34,862 nt of DNA from a bacterium (GTDB lineage: Bacteria; Eisenbacteria; RBG-16-71-46), in contig JAYWEM010000150.1 in NCBI GenBank assembly GCA_043779265.1, positions 1 through 34,862 of the forward strand, given 5' to 3'. This document shows positions 14,393 to 24,864 of this stretch, one piece after another. Below the pieces are notes generated by a model, which was given only the letters and a program-made list of their open reading frames with translations, was not told where the DNA came from and made no database searches. Within the stretch, counting starts at the first letter, position 1, and each line of letters opens with the position of its first letter. The position numbers and the translations under genes are program-made.

Positions 14393-15361
14393 ATGCGTCC
14401 AGATCTCATTCGCCGCGCGGGGCTCGCACTCGCGTCACTGTCGTTCGCTGTCTCGATCCTGATGGCGATCCCCGCACGTGCCGCTGACTACGTGCTCGGC
14501 GCGGAGGACGTGATCCAGGTGTCCGTGTGGCTCCATCCGGAGCTCGAGCGGACGCTGACCATCCGCGCTGATGGAAGCGTGACGTTGCCGCCGGTCGGGG
14601 ACCTCAAGGCCGCCGGCCTGACGCCCAAGCAATTCGGCGATCGCACGGCGGATCGCCTCTCGGCCTATCTGCGACAGACGACGACCGTGACCGTGACGGT
14701 GACGCAGTACATGAGCCAGAGCGTTTTCGTTCAGGGTTCCGTGGCCAAGCCGGGACGATTCGGATTCGAGACGATCCCCTCGCTGGTCGATGTACTCGCC
14801 CAGGCGGGTGGCGCTCTGCCGGGAACGAATCTCGCGGCGGTGCAGGTCGTGCGGCGTGAAGGCGAACAGACACGGATGCTCGCTGCCGACATCGCGTCGG
14901 CACTGCGGACCGGCGACACGAGTGCACTGCCGACCCTGCGGCCGGGGGACACGATCATCCTGCCCGGAACGGGCGCCGCGACCTCGAGCACCAGTGGCGA
15001 AGGAGTCGCCGTGCTGGGCGAGGTCGGGAATCCCGGACTCTATCCGGCAGGGGAGCAGTCCGATCTGTGGACCATGCTCGCGCTCGCGGGCGGTATGACC
15101 AATCGAGGTCGGCTCGAAGACGTCCGTCTCCTCACACGTGGCAATGCCGGCGTCACCGTGGCGGTCATCGACTTGCGACAGGTGCTGGACCGCGGCAGTC
15201 GAGCCCCTCATCTCGTGCGCCCGGGCGATGTCGTGGTCGTGATGCCCAAGGGACAGGGCTTCTGGAGTGGCATGACGACCGTGCTCGGCCTGTCGCGCGA
15301 TGCGCTCAACGTGCTCCTCCTCGTGGACTACTTCGACAAAAAGAGTGGAACGAGCAACTGA
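14393..15361 (+). CDS. wza: Polysaccharide export protein (OPX/Wza-like, Poly_export plus two SLBB domains)
   Basis: AGGAGG RBS; signal peptide ending ARA-A; DYVLGAEDVIQVSVW, IRADGSVTLPPVGDLKAAGLT, VQGSVAKPG, VLGEVGNPG, LRPGDTI, VRPGDVV. Confidence 0.9.
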   Translation: MRPDLIRRAGLALASLSFAVSILMAIPARAADYVLGAEDVIQVSVWLHPELERTLTIRADGSVTLPPVGDLKAAGLTPKQFGDRTADRLSAYLRQTTTVTVTVTQYMSQSVFVQGSVAKPGRFGFETIPSLVDVLAQAGGALPGTNLAAVQVVRREGEQTRMLAADIASALRTGDTSALPTLRPGDTIILPGTGAATSSTSGEGVAVLGEVGNPGLYPAGEQSDLWTMLALAGGMTNRGRLEDVRLLTRGNAGVTVAVIDLRQVLDRGSRAPHLVRPGDVVVVMPKGQGFWSGMTTVLGLSRDALNVLLLVDYFDKKSGTSN

Positions 15362-17616
15362 TGAACTCCCATCCCCCGAACGAGCCGGCTCACGCGGACC
15401 GCGCTCAGATGGATCTGGGCGAGATGCTGCGCATGCTGTGGCGTCGGCGCTGGCTGCTGGTCGCGCCCTGGCTCACGGCGATCCTGGTCGCCGTGGCCGC
15501 GGCGGTTCTCTTGCCGCCCGTATTCGTCAGCCGAGCGATGCTCGTGCTCGATCGGGGCCAGAGCCTGCAGGGACCTTCGGGGCAGCTGACGGGCGGCTCG
15601 GGACTGGATCAGCAGGCTGAGATCATGAAAGAGCAGGTGCAGAGCGGGACGTTCCTGCGCGCGGTGCTCGCCGCGACCGGCGTCACTCGCGACGCCAGCA
15701 CGCGGGCGTGGGCGCGCAAGGAATCCGCGAAGTACCCGGGGACCAACGAAGATGAGCAGTTCGAGATGTTCATGGCCGATCATCTCCGCGAGAACGTCGC
15801 GATCAAGCGAAGCAAGGGCCAGTTGTTCGAGATCCAGGTCAGCGACATCGACGGCGAGCGCGCGCGATTGTTCGGGGATGCCATCGCGAATCAGATCGTC
15901 GAGAGTTCGAAGGCGCGGCAGCTCGAGCAGATCCGAGCCGGCCAGGAGTTCAGCTCGGAGCAGGCACTCATCTACAAGCGCCGACTCGAGGAAGCGGAGT
16001 CACGGCTTCGCTCGGCCGAGTCCGCCGCGATCTCCACGAGCGTCGTCGGGACGGCGGTCAGCAGCTTCAACCTGAACTTCGCCCAGACGCTCGCCGACCA
16101 GGCCTCCATCGAAGCGGACGAGCTGCGGCTCCGTCTCGCGGACTTGCGCACGCAGTCGGCGGGCCGACTGCGTGAGAACGATCCCGCGCTGTTGACCGGT
16201 ACCGAGATCTCCAACCTCTCGAGCCAGATCACGTCGCTCGAGGGACAGCTGGGGAGAGCGTTGCTCAGCGAGGCGTCGTTCACCGGAGGCACCAGCGTGA
16301 GATTGCTGCTCGCGCGTAAGAGTGCCGACCTCGAGCTCGCGCTCGCCACGGCCGCCGCACGTGCGCTGCCCGGGCTCGCACCGGATGCCCGCGATCTCGC
16401 GGTGCGAATCCGGCTGGCTCAGGTCAATGCCAATGCGAAGGACGCGTGGAGAGGCTGGGTGCAGGGGCAGATCATCGCGTATCAACGGCAGGTCGTGAGT
16501 TCCCCCGGTCGCCAGATGGAGATCGAACGGCTGCGGGCGGACGTCGAGTCGGCGCGGCAGATCTACAACACGTTCACGTCTCAGAGCGCGTCGATGACGA
16601 TCCAGGAGGCGTTCCAGAACGCCAAGCTCAGCGGGCGGTTCATCGTTCAGAATCCAGCGAGCCGGCCGTTGTCGCCCTCCAAGCCGAATCGTGCGCTTCT
16701 CGTCCTGCTCGGCGTGGTGATCGGCTGCATCCTCGGCGTCGGCACCGTGCTGGTGGCGGAGCACAACGACCCGTCCATGAAGAACGCCGAAGAGGTGGAG
16801 ACGATCCTCGGCCTGCCCGTGTTGGGGGCGATTCCCCGCGTGGATGAACTCGATCGATCGAAGCAGCGACGGTCGCGAGGTCCTGCCCCGGGCCCCGGTG
16901 TGCTGCCGGCGCCTCGCGATCACGGTCTGCTGCACCGACTGAAGGTGGAGAGCCCGCTCGGGTTGGAGTTCAAGCGCATCTACCTGAACCTCGCGCGCTC
17001 TCGCGGACGCGAGCTGCCGAAGACGCTGATGATCACGAGCTCGACTCGCGGCGAGGGCAAGACGACGACGAGCGCCTGTCTCGGGATCACGCTGGCGCGT
17101 GAGCATCGGGCCCGCACGCTGCTCGTCGATTGCGACTTGCGCAGTCCGGCGCTGCATCGCGCCCTCGGCATGCCCAGTTCAAGTTGGGGTGTGGCGCAGA
17201 TGTTCCAACAGCGCCACTTCGATGAGCGGTTCATCCGGCAGACCTCGCTCCCGACGCTCGATTTCCTCGCGGCAGGACGCAGCGAGCGCGCGGCGGCGGA
17301 GTTGATCGAGCAGGATGCCGTCGAGTGGTTCCTGCGGGAAGCGCAGCAGCGCTACGACCTGGTCGTGCTCGATACCGCGCCCAACCTCGCTGTTCCCGAC
17401 CCGCTGATCATCGGGCGCGTGGTCGAAGGCGTGCTCTACGTGGTCAAGGCCGGTCAGACCGTACGGAAGGCCGCCGAGTACGGAGTGAAGGTGCAGCGCG
17501 AGGCCAGGGACAATCTCATCGGAGTGCTGATGAACGATGCCGGTGAGTTCCTGCCGCAGTACTACGGGTACAAGCAGCAGTACTACGGTTACACGTCCGA
17601 GGTGGTCGAGGGCTGA
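15361..17616 (+). CDS. wzc: Polysaccharide co-polymerase / BY-kinase (Wzc-like)
   Basis: Wzz-like N-terminus MDLGEMLRMLWRRRWLL, coiled coil, PSKPNR plus second TM, LGLPVLGAIP, Walker A SSTRGEGKTT, LLVDCDLRSP, VVLDTAP, tyrosine cluster QYYGYKQQYYGY. The ATG overlaps the wza stop (TGATG). Confidence 0.93.
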   Translation: MNSHPPNEPAHADRAQMDLGEMLRMLWRRRWLLVAPWLTAILVAVAAAVLLPPVFVSRAMLVLDRGQSLQGPSGQLTGGSGLDQQAEIMKEQVQSGTFLRAVLAATGVTRDASTRAWARKESAKYPGTNEDEQFEMFMADHLRENVAIKRSKGQLFEIQVSDIDGERARLFGDAIANQIVESSKARQLEQIRAGQEFSSEQALIYKRRLEEAESRLRSAESAAISTSVVGTAVSSFNLNFAQTLADQASIEADELRLRLADLRTQSAGRLRENDPALLTGTEISNLSSQITSLEGQLGRALLSEASFTGGTSVRLLLARKSADLELALATAAARALPGLAPDARDLAVRIRLAQVNANAKDAWRGWVQGQIIAYQRQVVSSPGRQMEIERLRADVESARQIYNTFTSQSASMTIQEAFQNAKLSGRFIVQNPASRPLSPSKPNRALLVLLGVVIGCILGVGTVLVAEHNDPSMKNAEEVETILGLPVLGAIPRVDELDRSKQRRSRGPAPGPGVLPAPRDHGLLHRLKVESPLGLEFKRIYLNLARSRGRELPKTLMITSSTRGEGKTTTSACLGITLAREHRARTLLVDCDLRSPALHRALGMPSSSWGVAQMFQQRHFDERFIRQTSLPTLDFLAAGRSERAAAELIEQDAVEWFLREAQQRYDLVVLDTAPNLAVPDPLIIGRVVEGVLYVVKAGQTVRKAAEYGVKVQREARDNLIGVLMNDAGEFLPQYYGYKQQYYGYTSEVVEG

Positions 17617-17639
17617 GCCCCCGACAGGAACTGGCCCCC

Positions 17640-19214
17640 GTGCGCAGCCTTCGGGTCCTCAAGAACGTGATCACCAACTATCTCCGATTCTTCCTCGGAG
17701 CGGTGATCGCGTTCGCGCTGACTCCGTTCATGGTCCACGTCATGGGGGACCGCGACTACGGGCTCTGGATCACGGTGTTCTCGCTGACGGGATACTTCGG
17801 GTTGTTCGATCAGGGTATCCGTCCGTCGTTGGTCCGCTACGTCTCGCGCGAGCATGCCGCGGGCGATCACGATGCGCTCGCGCGCACGATCAGCAGCGCT
17901 TTCGCGTTGTATTCCTCCGTGGGCGTCGTGACGATGGCCGTCGCGGTCGTGGTGGCGATGAACGCATCGAGTTGGATCCGCGTCGATCCGGCACTGCACG
18001 CGATCGCCCCGACGCTCGTGCTGCTGGTGGGCGCCTCGATCGCGCTGGGATTCCCGCTGGGCGTCTATGGGGCCGTGCTCTCGGGGCTCCAGCGTTACGA
18101 CGTCGCGAATGGCATCGGCATGGTCATCGGTGTCGTACGCGCGTTCGCGTTCGTCGCCGTTCTCAAGCTGGGCGGTGGACTCGTCGAGTTGGCCTGGATG
18201 TCGCTGGTCATGAACTTGATCGGACATGCATGGTCGTGGGTGGCGGCTCGTCGACTGCTGCCGGGTCTACCGTTCGGGTTGCACTTGGTGGGCCGCGCTC
18301 ATGTCCGGCGCATCGCGAGCTACGGCGGATGGGCTTTCATCGGCGCGCTCGCCACCAATGTCGCGTTCCAGACCGATGCGCTCGTCATCACCAGTTTCCT
18401 GGGAGCTGCACTCGTCACTCCCTTCGCGCTCGCTGCCGGACTCATCGACAACTCGCGATCGCTCGTCCACTCCGCGGTGTGGGTGCTGTCGCCCACCGCC
18501 AGCGAGATGGAGACGCTGGGCGAAGGGGACAAGCTCCGTGCGTTGATGGTCGCGGGCTCCAAGTACTCGGTGCTCCTCGCTTGGCCGGTGCTGATCGGCC
18601 TCATGATCTTCGGCGGGAATCTGCTCACGACCTGGGTCGGACCCTCCTACGCATCGGCCTCGCTGCTCATCATCATCCTCGCAATCCCCACGCTCGTGGC
18701 GCTGCCCCAGGCGACCGCTTCGTCCGTATTGTTCGGCATCAGTCGGCACAAGGGCATCGTGATCCTCTCGCTCCTCGCCGCCGTCCTCAATCTCGGGCTC
18801 TCCATCTGGTGGGCACAGGATGTGAGGTGGATGGCCGCTTTGTTCGGAACGGTCGTGGATCCCGGGCTCGTCGGTGTGGCCATGGCGACCGCGATCCCAC
18901 TCCTGCTGCTCTCGGGCATCGCCACCGCGATCTTCGCCTGCCACGCGATCGCGCAGCCGCTCCCGGACTATCTGTGGCGCGGCTTGCTGCGCCCGGGCCT
19001 CGTGAGTCTGGCCTTCGTGCCTCCCGCGATCCTGGCGCAGCGGGTCTGGCATCCCATCGGCTGGGGTCCGATCATCCTCGCTTGTGGACTGAGCTGGGTG
19101 GTGTTCGCCTTCGTCGCATTCCACTGGGGAATGGACGCGGCCGAGCGCTCGCGATGGGCGAGGATGTTCATCGCCCTCTTCGGACGCACCCCTCGGACGG
19201 AGGGCGACTCATGA
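17640..19214 (+). CDS. wzx: Oligosaccharide flippase (Wzx/MOP family)
   Basis: Polytopic membrane protein; LKNVITNY, TPFMVHVMGDRDYGLW, FDQGIRPSLVRYVS, QTDALVITSFLG. Confidence 0.9.
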   Translation: MRSLRVLKNVITNYLRFFLGAVIAFALTPFMVHVMGDRDYGLWITVFSLTGYFGLFDQGIRPSLVRYVSREHAAGDHDALARTISSAFALYSSVGVVTMAVAVVVAMNASSWIRVDPALHAIAPTLVLLVGASIALGFPLGVYGAVLSGLQRYDVANGIGMVIGVVRAFAFVAVLKLGGGLVELAWMSLVMNLIGHAWSWVAARRLLPGLPFGLHLVGRAHVRRIASYGGWAFIGALATNVAFQTDALVITSFLGAALVTPFALAAGLIDNSRSLVHSAVWVLSPTASEMETLGEGDKLRALMVAGSKYSVLLAWPVLIGLMIFGGNLLTTWVGPSYASASLLIIILAIPTLVALPQATASSVLFGISRHKGIVILSLLAAVLNLGLSIWWAQDVRWMAALFGTVVDPGLVGVAMATAIPLLLLSGIATAIFACHAIAQPLPDYLWRGLLRPGLVSLAFVPPAILAQRVWHPIGWGPIILACGLSWVVFAFVAFHWGMDAAERSRWARMFIALFGRTPRTEGDS

Positions 19215-20203
19215 CACGGCCCAGCGTCAGCGTCGTACTCGCCGTCTATAATGTGATGTGGTGCATCGAGCGCGCGTTGGACAGCGTCCTGTCCCAGACG
19301 CACGTGCCGCTCGAGATCATCGCCTGCGACGACGGATCCACGGATGGGACGCCCGAGTTCATCGAGCGCAAGTACGGCGATGCTGTCCGCGTGCTGCGGT
19401 TGCCCCATCGCAATGCATCCGCCGCGAGGCACGACGGGCTGGCTGTCGCGCAGGGCGACTGGCTCGCCTTCCTCGATGCAGATGACTGGTGGCAGCCGCA
19501 CAAGCTCGAGCGACAGCTCGAGTACGTGGCGGCGCACCCGAGCGTCAGGTGGGTCTCGACCGAAGGCCGATATGAGTCGGAGCACGGAGTCGAGCGGGCG
19601 TCCTGGCTGGCCGACTACTTCGAGCCCGTCATCGAGCGCAACGGCGACCTTCTGCCGCCCATGTTGGGCCGCTGTTTCCCGCTGATGAGCTCGATGCTGG
19701 TCGAGCGGAGCGCCTATCACGAGGTGGGCGGCATCGACCCCGCGATCATCTACTCCCATGACTACGATCTCTGGCTCCGATTGGCGGCTCGCTTCGATGG
19801 CGGCTTGATACCCGAGATGCTCGTCCATTACTGGACCCACCCGGGCGCACTGAGCAAGAACTTCGAAGCGCGCCATCGCGACGACCTGATGTTGATGCAG
19901 CGCGCGGCCGACGGCACGCTGCGCGACGACGCCCAGACGCGCGAGCTCGGACGCGAACGCGTGGCGGCGCTGCAGTACCACATCGGCCAACGCTGCCTGC
20001 GCACGGGACGTGGGGCGGAAGGACGCGCGCTCCTGCGCGCCTCTTTGGCCCGCGGCCCGATTCTGCGTCGGAGTGTGGCGCTGCTCGGATCACTCGTCCC
20101 GGATGGACTCGTGCCCGTGCTGCAGCGCATCCCGCTGCTCAAGAAGTGGGTGAGCGTGGCTCGCGGACCGTCGCAGCGAGTGAAGGGGAGTGATCCCTCA
20201 TGA
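19211..20203 (+). CDS. Glycosyltransferase family 2
   Basis: SVSVVLAVYN, DDGSTDGT, ASAARHDG, AFLDADDWW, HDYDLWLRL; ATGA overlap with wzx. Confidence 0.92.
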   Translation: MTRPSVSVVLAVYNVMWCIERALDSVLSQTHVPLEIIACDDGSTDGTPEFIERKYGDAVRVLRLPHRNASAARHDGLAVAQGDWLAFLDADDWWQPHKLERQLEYVAAHPSVRWVSTEGRYESEHGVERASWLADYFEPVIERNGDLLPPMLGRCFPLMSSMLVERSAYHEVGGIDPAIIYSHDYDLWLRLAARFDGGLIPEMLVHYWTHPGALSKNFEARHRDDLMLMQRAADGTLRDDAQTRELGRERVAALQYHIGQRCLRTGRGAEGRALLRASLARGPILRRSVALLGSLVPDGLVPVLQRIPLLKKWVSVARGPSQRVKGSDPS

Positions 20204-21231
20204 ACCAGCGCGCGTACTCGGTCGTCATCCCGTGTCGCGATGGGATGCCCGATGTCCTCGATGCGGTTCGCTCCGCCCTCAGCCAGAGCCGTCCGCCGGA
20301 CGAGGTCGTCCTGGTCGACGATGGGTCGACGGATGGGAGCGCCGAACACGTCGAGCGTCAGTTCCCGGGACGCGTGCGGATCGTGCGAGGGCGTTTCGGG
20401 AGTGCCGGCGCTGCACGGAACGCCGGCTGGCGCGCCGCCACTTCGTCGTGGATCGCGCTGCTCGACGCGGACGATCTGTGGTTCCCGGAGAAGCTGGCCA
20501 CGCTCGACGAGGCGCTCGACCGGATGCCGCAGGCGACTTGGTGCTTCAGCGATGGCGCCTTCCGGACGTTGGATGGTCAGTTGCATGCGTCGTGGTTCGG
20601 ACTCTACGCCGACCTCGTCGAGCCCTACTGCGGCTCGCCACTCTCGCAGCTTCTCGAGGTGAACTTCGTGCTGACGTCCTCGGTCGTGATCGAGCGCGAC
20701 ACGCTCGAGGCACTCAGCGGCTTCGACGAGAGCCTGTCGCATGCCGAGGACGTCGACTTGTGGATCCGGCTCTCTCGCCGTGGTCTTGCGACGGCAGTGC
20801 GTCGAGCGCTTGTCCGTTATCAGCACCGAGAAGGTGGACTGACGCGGCTCACGGAGCAGCGCCTTCGAGGGGGTGCCACGCTGTTCGGTCGGCTCGCGGC
20901 GGATGCCTCGCTGGCGCAGCCTCTCCGGCGACAGGCGCGTGCGCGCACCTCGATCTACCAGTACAAGCTGGGGTTCCATGCACTGCGGGAGGGGCGGACC
21001 AGCGAGGCACGCGCTCGATTCTGTTCGGCGTGGCTCTTCCCGGAACGTGTCCTGCCCGTCGTCCTCGGGTTCTGCGCCGCACTGCTGCCGCCCGCACTCT
21101 TCCAGCGGCTGCGCCGGCAGGGCGCCGTCAAGGCCGCTGCCACGCCGATGATGGCGCTGCATCGCGTTCGACTCGAGGGCGTGGTCACCGAGTCGCCCAC
21201 TCCGGCGGCCAGCACGCGGAGCGCTCGATGA
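20200..21231 (+). CDS. Glycosyltransferase family 2
   Basis: YSVVIPCRD, VDDGSTDGS, GAARNAG, ALLDADDLW, EDVDLWIRL; ATGA overlap. Confidence 0.92.
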   Translation: MNQRAYSVVIPCRDGMPDVLDAVRSALSQSRPPDEVVLVDDGSTDGSAEHVERQFPGRVRIVRGRFGSAGAARNAGWRAATSSWIALLDADDLWFPEKLATLDEALDRMPQATWCFSDGAFRTLDGQLHASWFGLYADLVEPYCGSPLSQLLEVNFVLTSSVVIERDTLEALSGFDESLSHAEDVDLWIRLSRRGLATAVRRALVRYQHREGGLTRLTEQRLRGGATLFGRLAADASLAQPLRRQARARTSIYQYKLGFHALREGRTSEARARFCSAWLFPERVLPVVLGFCAALLPPALFQRLRRQGAVKAAATPMMALHRVRLEGVVTESPTPAASTRSAR

Positions 21232-22673
21232 GCCCGACCACGGGTCCGCGCGGCCGCGATGTCGGTGAGGAGATGCGCCGAGCCGCACAGCGCGGGGCCG
21301 AGCGCCATCAGAGCCTGCCCGGACTTCTGGTGGCCATGGGCGCTGCCGCGATCCTGATGATCGGATTCATCGTGCTCGACTATCACCTCGATCAGGCGGA
21401 CCATCGCCTGTTCAAGATCCTCGGCGGATTGCTGGCATTCGCGGGCATCCTGTCGCAGCCGCACTTCGGGCTGCTGCTCCTGCCCATCGCCAGTCCATTC
21501 CTGCCGTGGATCCCGCCTGCGCCGGTGCCCGGGCTCAACCCGGTCAACCTCCTGTTGTTCTCGATCTTCGGGACCTTCGCCCTCGGACGCATCGCGCGAC
21601 GGCAGCCGGTGTTCCGCCGCGGTCGGCTGGATGCGTGGATCGTCGGGCTGTTGCTGCTCGCTGCCGTTTCGATTCTCCGCGGGGCCGCGTTCCCGACGGG
21701 GCTCGGATTCGATGCGGCGAGCGCCGGGCTGGTGCTGTTCCGCTCGGCCACCACGTTCGCGACCTATTTCATCGTGCTCTCCATGTCGCGCGGGCTGCCC
21801 GATCGGCGGCGCATCGCGTGGGCCGTGATGCTCGGACTCCTGGCGGAGTCGATCGTGACCATCATGTACGGACGCAATGGCTCGGGTGGCCGAGCGCTCG
21901 GCACGCTCGGACAGTCCAACGAGCTCGGCGCCTTCCTCGCGCTGTTCTCCGTGGTGGCGGTGGCCCTGCTGGCTGCCACTCGCAATCCGTTCGGATGGAC
22001 CATCCTGTTCGGAACCTTCATCGCGGGCTCGATCGGCCTGTTCATGTCGCTCTCACGCGGCAGCATGGTGGCACTGCTCATCTCGCTGGCGGTCGTGTGC
22101 TGGCGCACGTCCCGCACGTTGTTCGCGGTCCTCGTCGTGGCCCTCTTGGCCTCGCCGCTGTGGGCGCCCGACTATCTCAAGGAACGCATCACGGGTTCAC
22201 AGGTCGCCGTGGAGGGCACGGATGACGTGAACATCGATGCTGCGGCGGAGGCCCGCGTCCAGACCTGGCGCAGCATCATGGAAGTGGTGCAATCCCATCC
22301 GCTCGATGGCGTGGGTTGGACCGGGCTCGGCTACGTCTTGCCCGACATCGGCACCGAACTCGGCCTCGAGGAGGTCAAGGATTCAGCGCACAACACGTTC
22401 CTGCGCATGCTGGGAGAGATGGGGATCCTCGGCCTGATTCTCTTCAGCGCACTGTTGTGGAAGTGCTGGAGCATCAGCGATCAGGCGATGAAGCGCGCTC
22501 GCACGCCGTTCGACCGTGCGCTGGCCATCGGCGTGGGTGGAGCCGTCATCTCGATGGCCGTCTCGTGCGCATTCGGGGATCGCTTCTTCAACGTGATCAT
22601 CGCGAGCAACTTCTGGGTGCTCATGGCGCTGGTCGAGCACAGCCTGCACGAGTCCTACGAGGCCCACACGTGA
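21228..22673 (+). CDS. O-antigen ligase / Wzy-like polysaccharide polymerase
   Basis: Polytopic; RALGTLGQSNELG, SLSRGSM, ARVQTW...HPLDGVGW, SAHNTFLRMLGEMGILGL (Wzy_C-type motifs); ATGA overlap. Confidence 0.88.
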   Translation: MSPTTGPRGRDVGEEMRRAAQRGAERHQSLPGLLVAMGAAAILMIGFIVLDYHLDQADHRLFKILGGLLAFAGILSQPHFGLLLLPIASPFLPWIPPAPVPGLNPVNLLLFSIFGTFALGRIARRQPVFRRGRLDAWIVGLLLLAAVSILRGAAFPTGLGFDAASAGLVLFRSATTFATYFIVLSMSRGLPDRRRIAWAVMLGLLAESIVTIMYGRNGSGGRALGTLGQSNELGAFLALFSVVAVALLAATRNPFGWTILFGTFIAGSIGLFMSLSRGSMVALLISLAVVCWRTSRTLFAVLVVALLASPLWAPDYLKERITGSQVAVEGTDDVNIDAAAEARVQTWRSIMEVVQSHPLDGVGWTGLGYVLPDIGTELGLEEVKDSAHNTFLRMLGEMGILGLILFSALLWKCWSISDQAMKRARTPFDRALAIGVGGAVISMAVSCAFGDRFFNVIIASNFWVLMALVEHSLHESYEAHT

Positions 22674-23689
22674 GCGCGCGATGGATGCGATGGCTCCTGT
22701 CGCTGCCGCCCTGGCCCACGGCCGGTGGGGCCGGAGGGCCCCGCCTGACCGTGATCCGGCACCATCGCGTCTACGCGCCGGGGGATCGGCCGCTCTACCG
22801 GCTGGGGGTCACCGAGCGCGTGCTCGAGGCTCAGGTCGCGACGTGCATCGGCGCGGGATTGACGCCGTGCACGGTGCGCGATGGCCTCACCTGGCTTGCA
22901 AGCGCCAGCGGTGGGCGTCGGGTCGCGTTCTCGTTCGATGATGGCTACGTCGACAACCTCGAGCGTGCTCTCCCGGTGCTGCAGCGACACGGCGCACACG
23001 CCACGCTCTACCTCGCGGCCGGTCTGATGGAGTCGCGCCAGGCTCCGTGGTGGGACGAGCTCGCGTTCGTGCTCGCCCAGGCGGCGAATGGGACGAGGAG
23101 CATCGAGTTCGGCGGGCAGTCGACGGAACTCGCTCTGCACGGCGAATCGGAGCGCCGAGCGGTGATGACACGACTATTGCCCGCCATGCGCGTCGCACCG
23201 GCCCACCAGAGGGCTCTGCTCGACTCGTTGCGCGAGCAACTGTCCGTCTCGACCGAGGCGCCGTGCGAACTGGCCACGCTGGAGTCCTCTGCGCGGTGGG
23301 CGGAGGCGGGAATGGAACTCGGCGCACACACGCTGACGCATCCCTTCCTCTCGACCCTCGAAGCCGACGCGCAACGCGAGGAGATCGTCGGTTCGGCGAA
23401 GCGGATCCGGGAAGTGGTCGGGGCGGACGTCGTCGGGCTGGCCTTCCCGAACGGCGATCATGACGAGCGCACGCTGCGTGCAATGCACGCCTCCGGCCTC
23501 GAGTACTCCGTCACGACGCAGTCGGGGGACATCGTGCAAGGCGCGGACCGATTCACGTTGCCGAGACGGGGCCTTCCCGAAGGAGCCGTGCTGGGGCCAG
23601 GCGGACGCTTCTCCCCGCACATGACACGAGCCGAGATCTCGGGCCGCTTCGATCGGCTGCGCGCCGGCAGCTCGGGAGCGTCGACATGA
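22670..23689 (+). CDS. Polysaccharide deacetylase (CE4/NodB family)
   Basis: RHHRV, FSFDDGY, ALPVLQRHGAHATLY, ELGAHTLTHP, AFPNG; GTGA overlap. Confidence 0.9.
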   Translation: MSARWMRWLLSLPPWPTAGGAGGPRLTVIRHHRVYAPGDRPLYRLGVTERVLEAQVATCIGAGLTPCTVRDGLTWLASASGGRRVAFSFDDGYVDNLERALPVLQRHGAHATLYLAAGLMESRQAPWWDELAFVLAQAANGTRSIEFGGQSTELALHGESERRAVMTRLLPAMRVAPAHQRALLDSLREQLSVSTEAPCELATLESSARWAEAGMELGAHTLTHPFLSTLEADAQREEIVGSAKRIREVVGADVVGLAFPNGDHDERTLRAMHASGLEYSVTTQSGDIVQGADRFTLPRRGLPEGAVLGPGGRFSPHMTRAEISGRFDRLRAGSSGAST

Positions 23690-24864
23690 ACGCCCGCGCC
23701 CTTGGACTGCCGGATCGCCGCATCCGCCTTCTCTACGTCGCCGCCAATTTCGTGACGGGTGGAGCGGAGCGCCATCTGCTCGAGATGTGGCGCCGTATCG
23801 ACCGCACGCGTTTCGATGTGCGCATCGCGTGCCTCAAACGCGAGGGGGCGTTCACGCCGCTCGTCGAGCAGCTCGGGCTGCCCCTGCATGACCTCGGCGT
23901 CGGTCGCCGCATCTACGACCCGAGCGGCGTGCGCGGGCTGTTGCGCCTGATCTCATTGGTGAGGGAGTGGCGGCCGGACATCCTGCATGGTTACTTGTTC
24001 GGGCCCAACCTCTTCGCGGCTCTGGCGGGGCGCGCGTGCGCGGTCCCGGTCGTGGCCGTCGCGAAGCGGAACGTCGATGCCTTCGAGACACCGCGCCAGA
24101 TCGCGATGCAGCGCCTCGCGCACCGGCTCGCGACCCATGTCACGGCCGTGAGCGAGGAGGTGGCGTGGAGCTCGGTGGCGCTCGGTGTGCCGCGCGAGCG
24201 AGTCACGGTGATCGAGAATGGCGTGGATGTGAGCCGTTTCGACGGGCGGAACGATCGTTCGCGCGCCGAGGGGTTGCCGGTGCTGCCCGCGAATGAGCTG
24301 GTCATCGGTGCGGTCGGCTGTCTCGCCCCGCGCAAGGACTTCGGCACGCTGCTCGAGGCGATGGCTCGCATCCGCGAGCAGGGCGTCGGGAGCCACCTCG
24401 TCATCGCGGGCGACGGACCCGAGCGTGCCGCGCTCGAGGCCCAGCGCGCCCGGCTCGGGCTCGAGGGAACCGTTCACTTCCTCGGTGAGCGTTCCGATGT
24501 CGACCGACTGCTTCCGGCCTTCGACGTCTTCACTCTGTCCTCGCGCGAAGAGGGCATCCCCAACGCGCTCCTCGAGGCGATGGCGGCCGCAAGGCCCTGT
24601 GTCGTCACGCGGGTCGGCGGCAACGCCGAGGTGCTGGCCGATGGCCGCACCGGCTGGCTGGTGCCGCCGCAGGATCCCGCAGCGCTCGCGGCTGCGCTCG
24701 TTCACAGCCTGCGCGATCGGGCCGAGGCCACGCGCCGAGGCGAGGCGGCACGTACGGCGATGATCGCGGAGCGCAGCATCGAGGGAATGGTCCGCCGTCA
24801 CGAGGAGTTCTACGAACAGGCGCTCGGGCTCGAACCGGCTGTCGCCGCGGGGGAGCGGTCATGA
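23686..24864 (+). CDS. Glycosyltransferase family 4
   Basis: GGAERHL, VIENGVD, LAPRKDF, AGDGPER, SSREEGIPNALLEAMA, TRVGGNAE. Confidence 0.93.
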   Translation: MNARALGLPDRRIRLLYVAANFVTGGAERHLLEMWRRIDRTRFDVRIACLKREGAFTPLVEQLGLPLHDLGVGRRIYDPSGVRGLLRLISLVREWRPDILHGYLFGPNLFAALAGRACAVPVVAVAKRNVDAFETPRQIAMQRLAHRLATHVTAVSEEVAWSSVALGVPRERVTVIENGVDVSRFDGRNDRSRAEGLPVLPANELVIGAVGCLAPRKDFGTLLEAMARIREQGVGSHLVIAGDGPERAALEAQRARLGLEGTVHFLGERSDVDRLLPAFDVFTLSSREEGIPNALLEAMAAARPCVVTRVGGNAEVLADGRTGWLVPPQDPAALAAALVHSLRDRAEATRRGEAARTAMIAERSIEGMVRRHEEFYEQALGLEPAVAAGERS

